Counted from the stretch's first letter, positions 1 through 9,063 are shown. The stretch: 64,000 bases of DNA from Candidatus Yonathbacteria bacterium RIFCSPLOWO2_01_FULL_47_33b (GCA_001823575.1 MHUW01000001.1:12909-76908), one strand, 5' to 3'. The notes: generated by a model from the sequence alone, not told the origin. A program made the numbers and translations.

Positions 1-897
1 AAAGAAGCACTTATGAAAAATATTGCACACATGATTCCTGAGCCTGAGGCATCTCTTGCGGGAGGAATTCTCCTCGGTGCAAAGCAGTCGCTTGGTGATG
101 AGTTGCTGCAAAAATTTCGTGAAACAGGAGTCGCGCATATTGTCGTGCTCTCGGGGTATAACATTGCGGTTGTGGCGGGGGTGGTCTCTCGTATGGTGAT
201 GTTTTTGCCGCTCACTCTTCGGCTCACAATGAGCGCTCTCGGTATTGCTTTGTTTGCGGTTATGGTCGGGGGAGGTGCGACAGTTGTGCGCGCAACGATA
301 ATGGCACTCGTGGTGATTCTTGCTCGTGTTCTCGGTCGAGAGAATGACGCGCTCCGCGTCCTGGTGTTTGCCGGTGGGTTAATGGTTCTTGTGAACCCCA
401 TGATACTTTTGCACGATGTTTCATTTCAGCTTTCTTTTACGGCTACACTGGCGATTGTTGTGCTCGTGCCCACTATTGAAAAACATTTTTCTTGGATCTC
501 GTCACGAGTACTTCGCGAGATTGTGGTGACCACTACCGCAACACAAGTTTTTGTGCTCCCGCTCATTCTCTACCATATGGGAAGCGTGTCACTGGTCGGA
601 TTTATTTCAAATATCTTCATTCTTCCTGTGGTACCCATTGCCATGCTTGCCGTCTCTCTCGTCGCCGCACTTGCGTGGGTGCCACTCTTGGGGAGTGCCT
701 GTGCCTTTGTTGCATATGCGGTGCTCGCATATGTTGTCATCGCGGTCGAGTTTTTTGCTCGCGCACCCTACGCGTCGCTTTCAGAAATTTCGTTCCCTCT
801 TTGGATGCTCGCCACCGCATACTTTTTGCTTGGATATTTTATTACAAAAAAATTCCCTCGGTCAGAGGGAACAAAAAATACTGACTATGAATTTTAA
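1..897 (+). CDS. ComEC/Rec2 competence-domain polytopic membrane protein (5' end probably outside window; ORF open to base 1)
   Basis: Multi-TM protein. Resembles the ComEC 'Competence' domain (GLSGYNIAVVAG-like region). The frame is open upstream of the first ATG to the window edge. Confidence 0.55.
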   Translation, partial: KEALMKNIAHMIPEPEASLAGGILLGAKQSLGDELLQKFRETGVAHIVVLSGYNIAVVAGVVSRMVMFLPLTLRLTMSALGIALFAVMVGGGATVVRATIMALVVILARVLGRENDALRVLVFAGGLMVLVNPMILLHDVSFQLSFTATLAIVVLVPTIEKHFSWISSRVLREIVVTTTATQVFVLPLILYHMGSVSLVGFISNIFILPVVPIAMLAVSLVAALAWVPLLGSACAFVAYAVLAYVVIAVEFFARAPYASLSEISFPLWMLATAYFLLGYFITKKFPRSEGTKNTDYEF

Positions 898-926
898 AGA
901 AACCACACTTCCTTGTTTTTTTATTT

Positions 927-976
927 CGTTAAAATCTCCAATTTGGTACTATAGTACCAAATTGGAGATTTTAACG
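927..976. repeat. Perfect 50-bp palindrome (centre GTACTATAGTAC) between convergent genes
   Basis: cgttaaaatctccaatttggtacta|tagtaccaaattggagattttaacg reads identically on both strands. Confidence 0.9.
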
Positions 977-1003
977 AAATCCTTTGATTTTATAATTTGC
1001 ATA

Positions 1004-1594
1004 TTATTTTTCAATTTCACGCGTAATTTCGTCGCTCTCGAGATAGCGGTAAAAAAGAAAGAGGACAATGGCAGCGATAGCAACGAGGATGAGTGCATAT
1101 TTACCAAACATGTCGGAGGACTTGCCAAAAAAGTATCCAATAGAGATGAAGCCGAGTGACCAGATGAATGATGCGACGAACATGAGTGTCGCGAACACAC
1201 CGCGATGCATTTTACCAAGACCGGCAGGAATAGGAACGAACACTTTGATGGCAGGAAGAAGTTTGCCGACAAAAATGAACCACGCACCTTTTTTGTGGAA
1301 TGCCGCTTCAACCTTGGCGAGCTCTCGCACCGGAAAAAGTTTCATGCGAGAGACAAACGCACGACCGTGTTTACGGACGAGTTCGTAGAGAATAATATTC
1401 CCAATCGTGTTGCCGAATGCACCGACGATGGCGACAGGGAGAAGTATTAGGTTGCCTTGTGCGATGAAGTATCCTGCGATGATGTAGAGTACCTGACTCG
1501 AAGGGAATGACACGGAACCGTTTGCAATCATTAAGAGAAAGATGGCGAGGTAACTGCCGCTCTCTATGAGGAGCTCGATGTTTATGTCAGGCAT
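1004..1594 (-). CDS. DedA/SNARE-associated family membrane protein
   Basis: 196 aa, 4-5 TM segments. The DedA-like glycine motif GNxxGNIILYELVRKHGR is present. Confidence 0.55.
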   Translation of the reverse strand: MPDINIELLIESGSYLAIFLLMIANGSVSFPSSQVLYIIAGYFIAQGNLILLPVAIVGAFGNTIGNIILYELVRKHGRAFVSRMKLFPVRELAKVEAAFHKKGAWFIFVGKLLPAIKVFVPIPAGLGKMHRGVFATLMFVASFIWSLGFISIGYFFGKSSDMFGKYALILVAIAAIVLFLFYRYLESDEITREIEK

Positions 1595-1634
1595 GCTGTC
1601 ATAATAGCATGATGGAGTTTTTTTCTCGCTTTTT

Positions 1635-1686
1635 CCCTAACTATCATCTATTCGTAGTCATGACTACGAATAGATGATAGTTAGGG
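1635..1686. repeat. Palindrome family A copy 1 (52-bp perfect palindrome, core TGTAGTCATGACTACA)
   Basis: ccctaactatcatctattcgtagtca|tgactacgaatagatgatagttaggg. It lies 13 bp upstream of the 1699 start. Confidence 0.9.
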
Positions 1687-1698
1687 AAATCTCGATAA

Positions 1699-2619
1699 TT
1701 GCGTAAGGGATGGTACCATAGGGGTATGTTAAATAGTTTCTATACCCAAGACACTAACCAGGCGCTTCGAAAGCTCAGGGTTCAGTATGGAGTGTTGGGA
1801 ATTTTTCTTGTTGCGAACATTTTTATTTGGACGGCAGTCGTGCGCGCAGACAGAGCAGGAGTGCTTACGGTTGCGTTCCTTGATATCGGACAGGGTGATG
1901 CTATTTACATTGAAGCACCAAACGGCAATCAAATGCTTATTGATGGCGGACCATCGTCGGGGGTTGTGCTCCGGGCCCTTGGGAAGGTGATGCCGTTTTA
2001 TGATCGCTCCATTGACCTCGTCATTGCGACGCATCCTGACCAGGATCATGTGGGTGGGTTGCCTGCCGTGCTTGGTCGTATGAATGTCGCTAATATTGTG
2101 ACAACGGAAAATATTTCTGATACAGGCGCGTACGCCGCATTTGAAGAGGCAATACTTTCAGAACACGCACGACGTATTCGTGCGCGCACGGGGGAGCGCA
2201 TTATTCTTGATAAAGGTGTCGTCCTTGAGATTTTGTTTCCCGACCGTAATACGCGGGGCTGGGAGACCAATACAGGGTCCATTGTCGCGCGACTATCGTA
2301 TGGCGATACATCATTTTTATTGACGGGCGACTCACCGCTGGCAATAGAGAAGTATTTGGTAGGTAAAAAGGGCGGAGCGCTTCATGCTACCGTCCTCAAA
2401 CTTGGCCATCACGGCTCGCGCACCTCAAGTTCTCGAGAGTTTCTGTCGGCGGTCAACCCAGAATACGCCATTATTTCTGCAGGACTGAATAATAAGTATG
2501 GGCACCCCCATAAAGAGGTCACGGACCTGCTCGACGAACTGAAAATCCCCGAACTCTCAACCATTGACCATGGAACGATTGTTTTCAAAACCGATGGTGA
2601 GGATATGCGCGTGGAGTAA
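1699..2619 (+). CDS. ComEC-type metallo-beta-lactamase-fold domain protein with N-terminal TM helix (ComEC C-terminal module as separate ORF)
   Basis: The motif AFLDIGQGDAIYIEAPNGNQMLIDGG is typical of the ComEC MBL domain start. Also has HPDQDHVGG and KLGHHGS motifs. Confidence 0.65.
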   Translation: MRKGWYHRGMLNSFYTQDTNQALRKLRVQYGVLGIFLVANIFIWTAVVRADRAGVLTVAFLDIGQGDAIYIEAPNGNQMLIDGGPSSGVVLRALGKVMPFYDRSIDLVIATHPDQDHVGGLPAVLGRMNVANIVTTENISDTGAYAAFEEAILSEHARRIRARTGERIILDKGVVLEILFPDRNTRGWETNTGSIVARLSYGDTSFLLTGDSPLAIEKYLVGKKGGALHATVLKLGHHGSRTSSSREFLSAVNPEYAIISAGLNNKYGHPHKEVTDLLDELKIPELSTIDHGTIVFKTDGEDMRVE

Positions 2620-2656
2620 CACCACTTGGGAGTTCGACTCCCAAGTGGTGTTGATT
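2620..2656 (+). terminator. Hairpin terminator (14-bp stem) after the MBL gene
   Basis: caccacttgggagt-tcg-actcccaagtggtg followed by a T-rich stretch. Confidence 0.5.
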
Positions 2657-2683
2657 TAGTTGTACACAGTTATTTTCAATAAT

Positions 2684-2718
2684 TTGCTTGCCAAGGGTAC
2701 AGGGGGGGGGCTATACTA
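2684..2718 (+). promoter_or_regulatory. Candidate sigma70-like promoter with a G9 homopolymer in the spacer
   Basis: TTGCCA(-35)...agggtacaGGGGGGGGGc...TATACT(-10) sits 7 bp before the RBS/ATG region of the 2725 gene. G9 occupies 2702..2710. Confidence 0.4.
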
Positions 2719-2724
2719 AAGGGT

Positions 2725-3414
2725 ATGAATAAACACATTTTCCAATCCGCCAAGGTCATCTTACTCGCCCTAGTACTCTCCATCGGTATCTCCTACGTCT
2801 CCGCCTGGACGGCACCTACCGTCACCCCACCCAATGGTAATGTAGCCGCACCCCTTAATGTAAGCAACACCGCACAAACCAAAGCAGGCAACATAACCGC
2901 AAACTACCTCATTGCTTCAAGTGAATCCAATGCACCAGTATTTAAGGATTCAAACGATTCGTCATATTTTCTGAACCCCAACGGGGACTCAATCCTTAGC
3001 AGTATTTATGCAACCAAAATCTGTTTTGGTGCTGACTGCAAGACGGCATGGCCTTCAGGAGGCGCTACCTATTCTGCAGGGAACGGCCTCTCTCTTACCG
3101 GTACCACCTTTTCAACTAACACCACCCAAACACAAGCTCGTGTTTCGGGGAATTGTGCCGTAGGCTCAAGCATTAGAGTTATCAATATGGACGGGACGGT
3201 ATCGTGTGAGGCGGATGATGTGGGGGCAGGGGGAATGATGGTTTTTGCTGGGGACGGTTGCACTACGTGCCCTTACGGAGAATTCGAGGTGCCGGGTGGT
3301 TCAGCTTGTAAAGTAAAAGAATTTTCAGGAACCATTAGAGGAATATTGGTAGCGGGTACGGCTTGCCGACTGGATGGACCTGGTTCGATACCGTATGTGT
3401 TCTGGAGTTATTAA
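2725..3414 (+). CDS. Secreted hypothetical protein with signal peptide and internal TCP...CKVK cysteine motif
   Basis: N-terminal signal peptide MNKHIFQSAKVILLALVLSIGISYVSA. Contains CTTCPYGEFEVPGGSACKVKEF, which is shared with the 14381 and 26961 proteins. Confidence 0.55.
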   Translation: MNKHIFQSAKVILLALVLSIGISYVSAWTAPTVTPPNGNVAAPLNVSNTAQTKAGNITANYLIASSESNAPVFKDSNDSSYFLNPNGDSILSSIYATKICFGADCKTAWPSGGATYSAGNGLSLTGTTFSTNTTQTQARVSGNCAVGSSIRVINMDGTVSCEADDVGAGGMMVFAGDGCTTCPYGEFEVPGGSACKVKEFSGTIRGILVAGTACRLDGPGSIPYVFWSY

Positions 3415-3502
3415 TAAGGTTAAGGTTAAAAGAGCCATTAAAAGGGTCAGGAGCCTTTGTTTGTGGATATGGGGTTTAAACGTTGGACAAGTAAGTGAAT
3501 TG

Positions 3503-3532
3503 AAAAACCCCGCCAATTGGCGGGGTTTTTGA
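3503..3532. terminator. Bidirectional rho-independent terminator
   Basis: aaaaaccccgccaattggcggggttttt between convergent genes. Confidence 0.6.
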
Positions 3533-3541
3533 TGGGGAGTT

Positions 3542-3748
3542 TTACACAAACCTAATCTCGGTGTGCTTGCCGGCCTTCATGCACTTGGTGCAGATCTTGA
3601 TGCGTGAGCCATCAGCAAGAGGCGCCCACTGAAGATTGGGGTATTTGCGGAGCATTCCCGTAGGGTTGTATTTGGTAGCACGGACGCGGTTCGAGTAGCG
3701 ACCGGTGATGATGGTTCCTTTATTGCAGGTTGGACAGACTTTTGCCAT
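3542..3748 (-). CDS. rpmB: 50S ribosomal protein L28 (zinc-ribbon type)
   Basis: 68 aa starting MAKVCPTCNKG with a CxxC...CxxC arrangement. L28 family pattern (ATKYNPTGML...). Confidence 0.65.
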   Translation of the reverse strand: MAKVCPTCNKGTIITGRYSNRVRATKYNPTGMLRKYPNLQWAPLADGSRIKICTKCMKAGKHTEIRFV

Positions 3749-3796
3749 ATATGTATTTCTTAACTAGTCGGCTTATGCTATCATATATTCTACATT

Positions 3797-4423
3797 ATGC
3801 AAGTCGAAACACTTTTTTTCCTCGTTATCCTCATTTTTTCGGTCATTATTCACGAAATAGCTCATGGTTATGTAGCTGAAATGCTTGGAGACCCCACCGC
3901 GCGCCTCGCGGGACGCCTCACCCTCAATCCTGTTCGTCATATCGATCCCCTTGGTTCAATTATTGTCCCCGCACTGATGCTTATTGGTTCGGGAGGCTCT
4001 TTTGCCTTTGGTTGGGCAAAGCCCGTGCCTTATAACCCTTACAATTTAAGGAACCAAAAGTGTGGAACGGTGCTTGTAGGAGCGGCTGGCGCGCTTGCCA
4101 ATCTCCTCATCGCCCTCATTTTTGGCCTCATGATTCGCTATCATGCAGAACTCGGTATTATTCCAGGAACTCCATTTTTTGAGATTATTGGTACCATTAC
4201 CTTCCTCAATATCGTTTTGGCGGTCTTTAATATGATTCCTTTTCCTCCTCTCGACGGCGCAAAGGTGCTCTTTTCAGTCTTGCCATACCGTTTTCAGCAA
4301 GTCCATGACTATTTAGAGCAAAACTGGCTCCTTTTTATCGTTTTTGTGTTCTTTTTTGCACAGTACATCATTCAGCCAATCTCAAGCTTCCTTCTGATGG
4401 TCATTACGGGGTTCAGTATTTAG
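3797..4423 (+). CDS. Site-2 protease family (peptidase M50) membrane metalloprotease
   Basis: HEIAHG zinc motif in the first TM helix. LNPVRHIDPLGS and FNMIPFPPLDG motifs typical of M50/SpoIVFB-like proteases. Confidence 0.7.
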   Translation: MQVETLFFLVILIFSVIIHEIAHGYVAEMLGDPTARLAGRLTLNPVRHIDPLGSIIVPALMLIGSGGSFAFGWAKPVPYNPYNLRNQKCGTVLVGAAGALANLLIALIFGLMIRYHAELGIIPGTPFFEIIGTITFLNIVLAVFNMIPFPPLDGAKVLFSVLPYRFQQVHDYLEQNWLLFIVFVFFFAQYIIQPISSFLLMVITGFSI

Positions 4424-4514
4424 TTTCAAAAGAAACAGGAATAAGAAGGACTTGCAATTTTTTGCGCTCCATAGTAGAGTAGTCATCACATATGCCGTCT
4501 TCGAAGGTGGCTAA

Positions 4515-4590
4515 ATAATTTATTAGCGACGTAGAGTGAGAGAAATGGAAAGTACTCTTTTCATTTCCGAGCCGAGGAGCTAATATTGTA
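4515..4590 (+). ncRNA. Conserved structured leader RNA element, copy 1 (upstream of rpsL)
   Basis: UAUUAGC...GCUAAUA outer stem encloses an 11-bp hairpin GAAAUGGAAAG-UACU-CUUUUCAUUUC. A second copy at 39238..39304 shows compensatory changes. Confidence 0.45.
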
Positions 4591-4605
4591 CCAAATTTAT
4601 ATCAT

Positions 4606-5040
4606 ATGCCAACAGTAAGCCAATTAACCAAGCGTCCCCGCAAGACTCCTGTAAAGAAGTCTCGTTCTCAGGCGCTCCTCAAGAGCTTTAATAGTGTTTT
4701 GAACAAGCCGGTGTACCACAATTCACCATTCAAGCGTGGCGTTTGTACAAAAGTAACAACTACTACTCCAAAGAAGCCTAACTCGGCTCTTCGCAAGATC
4801 GCCCGCGTTCGCCTTACGAACGGTATGGAAGTCACCGCCTACATTCCAGGAGAGGGCCACAAACTCCAGGAACACTCAGTGGTTATGATTCGTGGAGGTC
4901 GCGTAAAGGACCTCGGCGGTGTACGTTATCACATTGTACGCGGTCGTCTTGATGCTACTCCCGTTGAGAAGCGTCGCAAGGGTCGCAGTCAGTACGGTGC
5001 AAAACGCCCTAAGGCAGGTGCTCCAGCAGCAAAGAAATAA
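4606..5040 (+). CDS. rpsL: 30S ribosomal protein S12
   Basis: [13 protein letters not shown]...; canonical S12 sequence. Confidence 0.95.
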   Translation: MPTVSQLTKRPRKTPVKKSRSQALLKSFNSVLNKPVYHNSPFKRGVCTKVTTTTPKKPNSALRKIARVRLTNGMEVTAYIPGEGHKLQEHSVVMIRGGRVKDLGGVRYHIVRGRLDATPVEKRRKGRSQYGAKRPKAGAPAAKK

Positions 5041-5050
5041 TATCTAATAT

Positions 5051-5521
5051 ATGCGCAGAAAAGTAACTAATCGTAATATTCCTAACGCCGACATTATGTA
5101 CGGCTCGGTTAAAATTGAGAAGCTCATCAACTATGTGATGGAGGCTGGCAAGAAAAACACCGCACGCAGTATCGTGTACGGTGCCCTTGATATCATCAAG
5201 GAAAAGAACAAGGAGATTGAACCTCTTGAGGTTTTTGAACTTGCGGTAAAGAACGCTGGCCCCCTTATGGAGATCCGTTCACGCCGCGTTGGTGGTGCAA
5301 ACTACCAGGTTCCTCGCGAGGTTCGTCCAGAGCGCCGCTTTGCCCTCGCTATGCGTTGGATTATCAACGCTGCACAGGCAAAGAAAGGCCGCCCAATGCG
5401 TGAGAAACTTGCAGATGAACTTCTCGCTGCTTCAAAGAACGAAGGTGAGGCAGTAAAGAAGAAGGAGAATACGCACAAGATGGCAGAGGCTAACAAGGCT
5501 TTCGCTCACTTCGCTTGGTAA
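5051..5521 (+). CDS. rpsG: 30S ribosomal protein S7
   Basis: S7 family sequence, and position after rpsL. Confidence 0.9.
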   Translation: MRRKVTNRNIPNADIMYGSVKIEKLINYVMEAGKKNTARSIVYGALDIIKEKNKEIEPLEVFELAVKNAGPLMEIRSRRVGGANYQVPREVRPERRFALAMRWIINAAQAKKGRPMREKLADELLAASKNEGEAVKKKENTHKMAEANKAFAHFAW

Positions 5522-5721
5522 AAAATACGTAATTTGAGCGCAGCGCTTCGTTGCCTGCGGGTATGAACCCACCCGCAGTACTTCATGTACAGCTCGTGGG
5601 TATCATACCCTTGTCGCCTCGCGCTGCATCTCAAATAACGTATTTTTTGTAGGATTGAAATTTTTGTGAGGATTGGCGCCTTGTCTTCCACTCAAAATTT
5701 CGCGTCCTTGGGTTGGTTTTG

Positions 5722-5760
5722 GTTCCCGACTTTTAACTTTAGACTTTTAACTTTTAGACT
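5722..5760 (+). repeat. Tandem 14-bp repeat (agacttttaacttt x ~2.5) in the rpsG-fusA spacer
   Basis: gacttttaactttagacttttaacttttagactt. Confidence 0.7.
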
Positions 5761-5768
5761 TAATTATT

Positions 5769-7913
5769 ATGGACAGAGATTACCCGTTGGAGAAAGTGCG
5801 CAATTTTGGAATCATCGCTCACATCGATGCAGGCAAGACGACAACGTCTGAGCGTATTTTGTTTTACACGGGTATGACCCACAAGATCGGTGAGGTTCAC
5901 GAAGGTGAGACCACGACCGACTGGATGGAGCAGGAGCGTGAGCGCGGTATTACGATTACTGCCGCAGCTATTACGTGTTTCTGGAACAAGACGGACATGC
6001 CTAAGGCTCAAGAGAACCTTTCGCGTTTTAATATTATTGATACCCCGGGCCACATCGACTTTACCGTAGAAGTAAAGCGTTCACTCCGTGTACTCGACGG
6101 CGCGGTAGTCGTGTTCGACGGTGTTGCTGGCGTAGAGCCACAGTCAGAGACCAACTGGCGTTATGCCGACGAGGCGAGTGTTCCACGTATTTGTTTCATC
6201 AACAAGCTTGATCGTACCGGCGCTTCTTTTGACCGTTCATACGCATCAATTCTTGATCGTTTGAATACCAAGGCAGTTCGTATGCAGATTCCTATGGGAC
6301 TTGAAGATGAATTTGCCGGCGTGGTAGACCTCCTCAAAATGAAAGCCTACAAATTTGAGGGCGAGATGGGAATCAATGTTGTCGAGATGGAAATCCCTGA
6401 AAAATTTCAGGCAGAAGCAAAGAAGTTCCGCGGTGAACTCATCGAGCGTATCGTTGAGAATGACGAAGTTTTGATGACTGACTACCTTGAAGGGAAAGAG
6501 ATCCCTATGGATGTTTTGAAAGCAACACTCCGCAAAGCAGTAATCAACAACGAAATCTTCCCCGTATACGCAGGCTCAGCTTTGAAGAACAAAGGAGTAC
6601 AACTCGTTCTTGACGCGGTGGTTGACTACCTCCCTTCGCCACTCGACATTCCTGCGGTACACGGTATTGATCCTCGCACGGGCGAGACCATCGACCGCCA
6701 CCCATCTGACAAAGAGCCGTTTGCAGCACTTGCGTTCAAGCTCCAAGCAGATCCATTCGTGGGACAGCTTACGTTCTTCCGTGTGTACTCAGGTACCGTA
6801 GAAGCAGGCTCATATATTTACAATGCAACGACCGGAGACAAGGAGCGTGTAGGCCGTATGGTGCGCCTTCAGGCAGATGCTCGCGAGGAAGTAAAGAAAG
6901 TGTACGCTGGTGAGATTGCCGCAATGGTTGGTCTCAAAAACACGAGAACTTCACACACACTTTGTGACGAAGCAAATCCTATTATTCTCGAGGAAATCAA
7001 ATTCCCTGAGCCAGTTATCTCTCTCCGTATCGAGCCAAAAACAAAAGCGGACCAGGAGAAGATGGGTATGGCGCTCAAGAAACTCGCGGACGAAGATCCA
7101 ACCTTCCGTATTTCAACCGACGAAGAGACGATGGAAACTATCATCTCGGGTATGGGTGAGCTTCATCTCGAAATTCTTGTTGACCGTATGAAGCGTGAGT
7201 TCAACGTGGAAGCAAACGTGGGCAAGCCACAGGTTGCTTACAAGGAGACCATCACGAAAGAGGCTGAAGGGGAATGTAAGTACATCAAGCAGACGGGTGG
7301 ACGCGGTCAGTACGGTCATGTCAAGATTCGCATCAAGCCAATCGACAAGACCATCAAGATTGAGGACCTTCCAAAGAACGTCAAGCGTCGCGACGACCAC
7401 TTCGAGTTCGTCAACGCCATCAAGGGTGGTGTCATTCCTCAAGAGTTTATTCCGCCAGTAGAAAAGGGTATTATCGAGGCGATGGACCGCGGTGTACAGG
7501 CTGGTTACAAAGTGGTAGATATTTCAGCCGAGTTGTACGATGGTTCGTTCCATGATGTTGACTCGTCAGAAATCGCCTTCAAGATTGCTGCCTCACAGGC
7601 ATTCCAGGAAGCAGTTCGCCGTGCCGGCCCGGTTATCCTCGAGCCTATTATGAAGGTTGAGATTGTTATGCCCGAGCAGTTCATGGGTGACGTTGCCGGT
7701 AACCTCTCGTCAAAGCGTGCACAGATTGAAGGCATGGGCGAGCGCGGTATGATGAAAGTGTTGACCGCACAGGTTCCTCTTTCAGAAATGTTCGGCTATA
7801 CGACATCTCTCCGCTCAATGACCGAAGGACGTGCGTCATCAACGATGGAGTTTGATCACTACGATATTGTCCCTGCAAACGTTGCACAGACGATTATTGA
7901 CGCAAGGAAGTAA
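5769..7913 (+). CDS. fusA: Elongation factor G
   Basis: [10 protein letters not shown]1 motif. 714 aa with full EF-G architecture. Confidence 0.95.
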   Translation: MDRDYPLEKVRNFGIIAHIDAGKTTTSERILFYTGMTHKIGEVHEGETTTDWMEQERERGITITAAAITCFWNKTDMPKAQENLSRFNIIDTPGHIDFTVEVKRSLRVLDGAVVVFDGVAGVEPQSETNWRYADEASVPRICFINKLDRTGASFDRSYASILDRLNTKAVRMQIPMGLEDEFAGVVDLLKMKAYKFEGEMGINVVEMEIPEKFQAEAKKFRGELIERIVENDEVLMTDYLEGKEIPMDVLKATLRKAVINNEIFPVYAGSALKNKGVQLVLDAVVDYLPSPLDIPAVHGIDPRTGETIDRHPSDKEPFAALAFKLQADPFVGQLTFFRVYSGTVEAGSYIYNATTGDKERVGRMVRLQADAREEVKKVYAGEIAAMVGLKNTRTSHTLCDEANPIILEEIKFPEPVISLRIEPKTKADQEKMGMALKKLADEDPTFRISTDEETMETIISGMGELHLEILVDRMKREFNVEANVGKPQVAYKETITKEAEGECKYIKQTGGRGQYGHVKIRIKPIDKTIKIEDLPKNVKRRDDHFEFVNAIKGGVIPQEFIPPVEKGIIEAMDRGVQAGYKVVDISAELYDGSFHDVDSSEIAFKIAASQAFQEAVRRAGPVILEPIMKVEIVMPEQFMGDVAGNLSSKRAQIEGMGERGMMKVLTAQVPLSEMFGYTTSLRSMTEGRASSTMEFDHYDIVPANVAQTIIDARK

Positions 7914-8101
7914 AGTCCACTCGCCGCTCCCTTTCCTGGTGCACGCATAATTTTTGCTAAAAATTTGCTCTGCTCGCGCCAGTCGCACTTGCGCAAGGCA
8001 CCAGAAAATGAAACGTCTCGCTCTGAAAGGAATACAAAAATCCTCCGCCGTACGGCGGATTTTTGATTTGACATTGTATGTACGGTGTATATACTTACCT
8101 C

Positions 8102-8353
8102 ATGACTACACTCAATGTACGTATTGATGAGAAAGTTAAAGAAAGAGCGATGGCGATACTCGCTGAACGCGGACTCAATCTCTCCACAGGCATCAATGTG
8201 TTCTTGCGCCAGGTAATCGAGGAAAAAGGTCTGCCTTTTATACCTGGAGATAGTGCTTTTTTGAGAAAAAAGTATGACCGAGAGGTTGTTTTTGCAAAAA
8301 AGGGCAAGACCTACAAAAACGCAAAAAGTCTAATGGCTGCAGCTCTTAAATAA
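8102..8353 (+). CDS. Type II antitoxin, RelB/DinJ family
   Basis: MTTLNVRIDEKVKERAMAILAERGLNLSTGINVFLRQVIEEKGLPF matches the DinJ pattern. Confidence 0.7.
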   Translation: MTTLNVRIDEKVKERAMAILAERGLNLSTGINVFLRQVIEEKGLPFIPGDSAFLRKKYDREVVFAKKGKTYKNAKSLMAAALK

Positions 8354-8360
8354 GTTCAAT

Positions 8361-8648
8361 ATGTACGAGCTCGCTTTTGCTAAATCCTTCAGGACGTCAA
8401 TCAAGAGGTTGTCACAATCAAAAGACAGTAGGATAATAAGTGCCAGACTCGAGGTTGTTGTCGAGAGCATTAGGCAGAGAAAAACCATCGACAGAAAGTA
8501 TAAAGATCACGCTCTCCGTGGGGAATATCTTGGATACCGAGAATGCCACATCAAGCCCGATGTTTTGCTTTTGTATGAAGTAGATGAACAAATGCTTTTG
8601 GTGACGTTGGTCAATATTGGCTCACATTCTGAACTGTTTGGTTCATAA
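8361..8648 (+). CDS. Type II toxin, YafQ/RelE family mRNA interferase
   Basis: C-terminal ...GYRECHIKPDVLLLYEVDEQMLLVTLVNIGSHSELF matches YafQ. It is 8 bp downstream of the antitoxin. Confidence 0.7.
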   Translation: MYELAFAKSFRTSIKRLSQSKDSRIISARLEVVVESIRQRKTIDRKYKDHALRGEYLGYRECHIKPDVLLLYEVDEQMLLVTLVNIGSHSELFGS

Positions 8649-8682
8649 ATATATTGTAGTATACTCAGTATTATCCAATGTT

Positions 8683-9063
8683 ATGACAAACGAACAGAAA
8701 AGAGTATTTATTGTTGAAGATGATGAACATTTGGCAAAAGTGTACGCGGTGAAGTTTTCTCAAGAAGGAATTGCAACCTCATTTGCAGGGACGGGGGAGG
8801 GTGCCGTTTCGCGCATTGCGGCAGAAAAGCCTGACCTTATCATTCTCGACCTTATGATTCCCCGAAAAGACGGATTTACGGTTCTCGAAGAGATTAAAAA
8901 AGACCCATCTCTGGCAACAATTCCTGTGCTCATACTTTCAAATCTTGGACAGTCCTCTGATAAAAAGCGTGCGCTCGACCTGGGCGCGAGTGATTATATG
9001 GTTAAAATCGAGCATTCGGTGCAAGAGGTGTTTGATAAGGCAAAAAGCTACCTCGGTAAGTAG
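8683..9063 (+). CDS. Single-domain response regulator (CheY-like receiver)
   Basis: FIVEDDEH...DLIILDLMIPRKDGF...ILSNLG carries the phospho-acceptor Asp context. Confidence 0.75.
   Translation: MTNEQKRVFIVEDDEHLAKVYAVKFSQEGIATSFAGTGEGAVSRIAAEKPDLIILDLMIPRKDGFTVLEEIKKDPSLATIPVLILSNLGQSSDKKRALDLGASDYMVKIEHSVQEVFDKAKSYLGK

Noticed and set aside
4538-4576. 12-codon mini-ORF ([12 protein letters not shown]) inside the rpsL leader element as a possible leader peptide
   Set aside because: The second copy of the element (39238..39304) has no ATG or comparable ORF, whereas RNA pairing is conserved with compensatory changes. The structure, not the peptide, is the conserved feature.
5522-5650. Possible tRNA after rpsG (GCGGGTATGAACCCACCCGC hairpin)
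   Set aside because: No acceptor/D/anticodon arms can be drawn, and the T-loop-like sequence is not canonical. It is more likely an intercistronic stem-loop or attenuator between rpsG and fusA.
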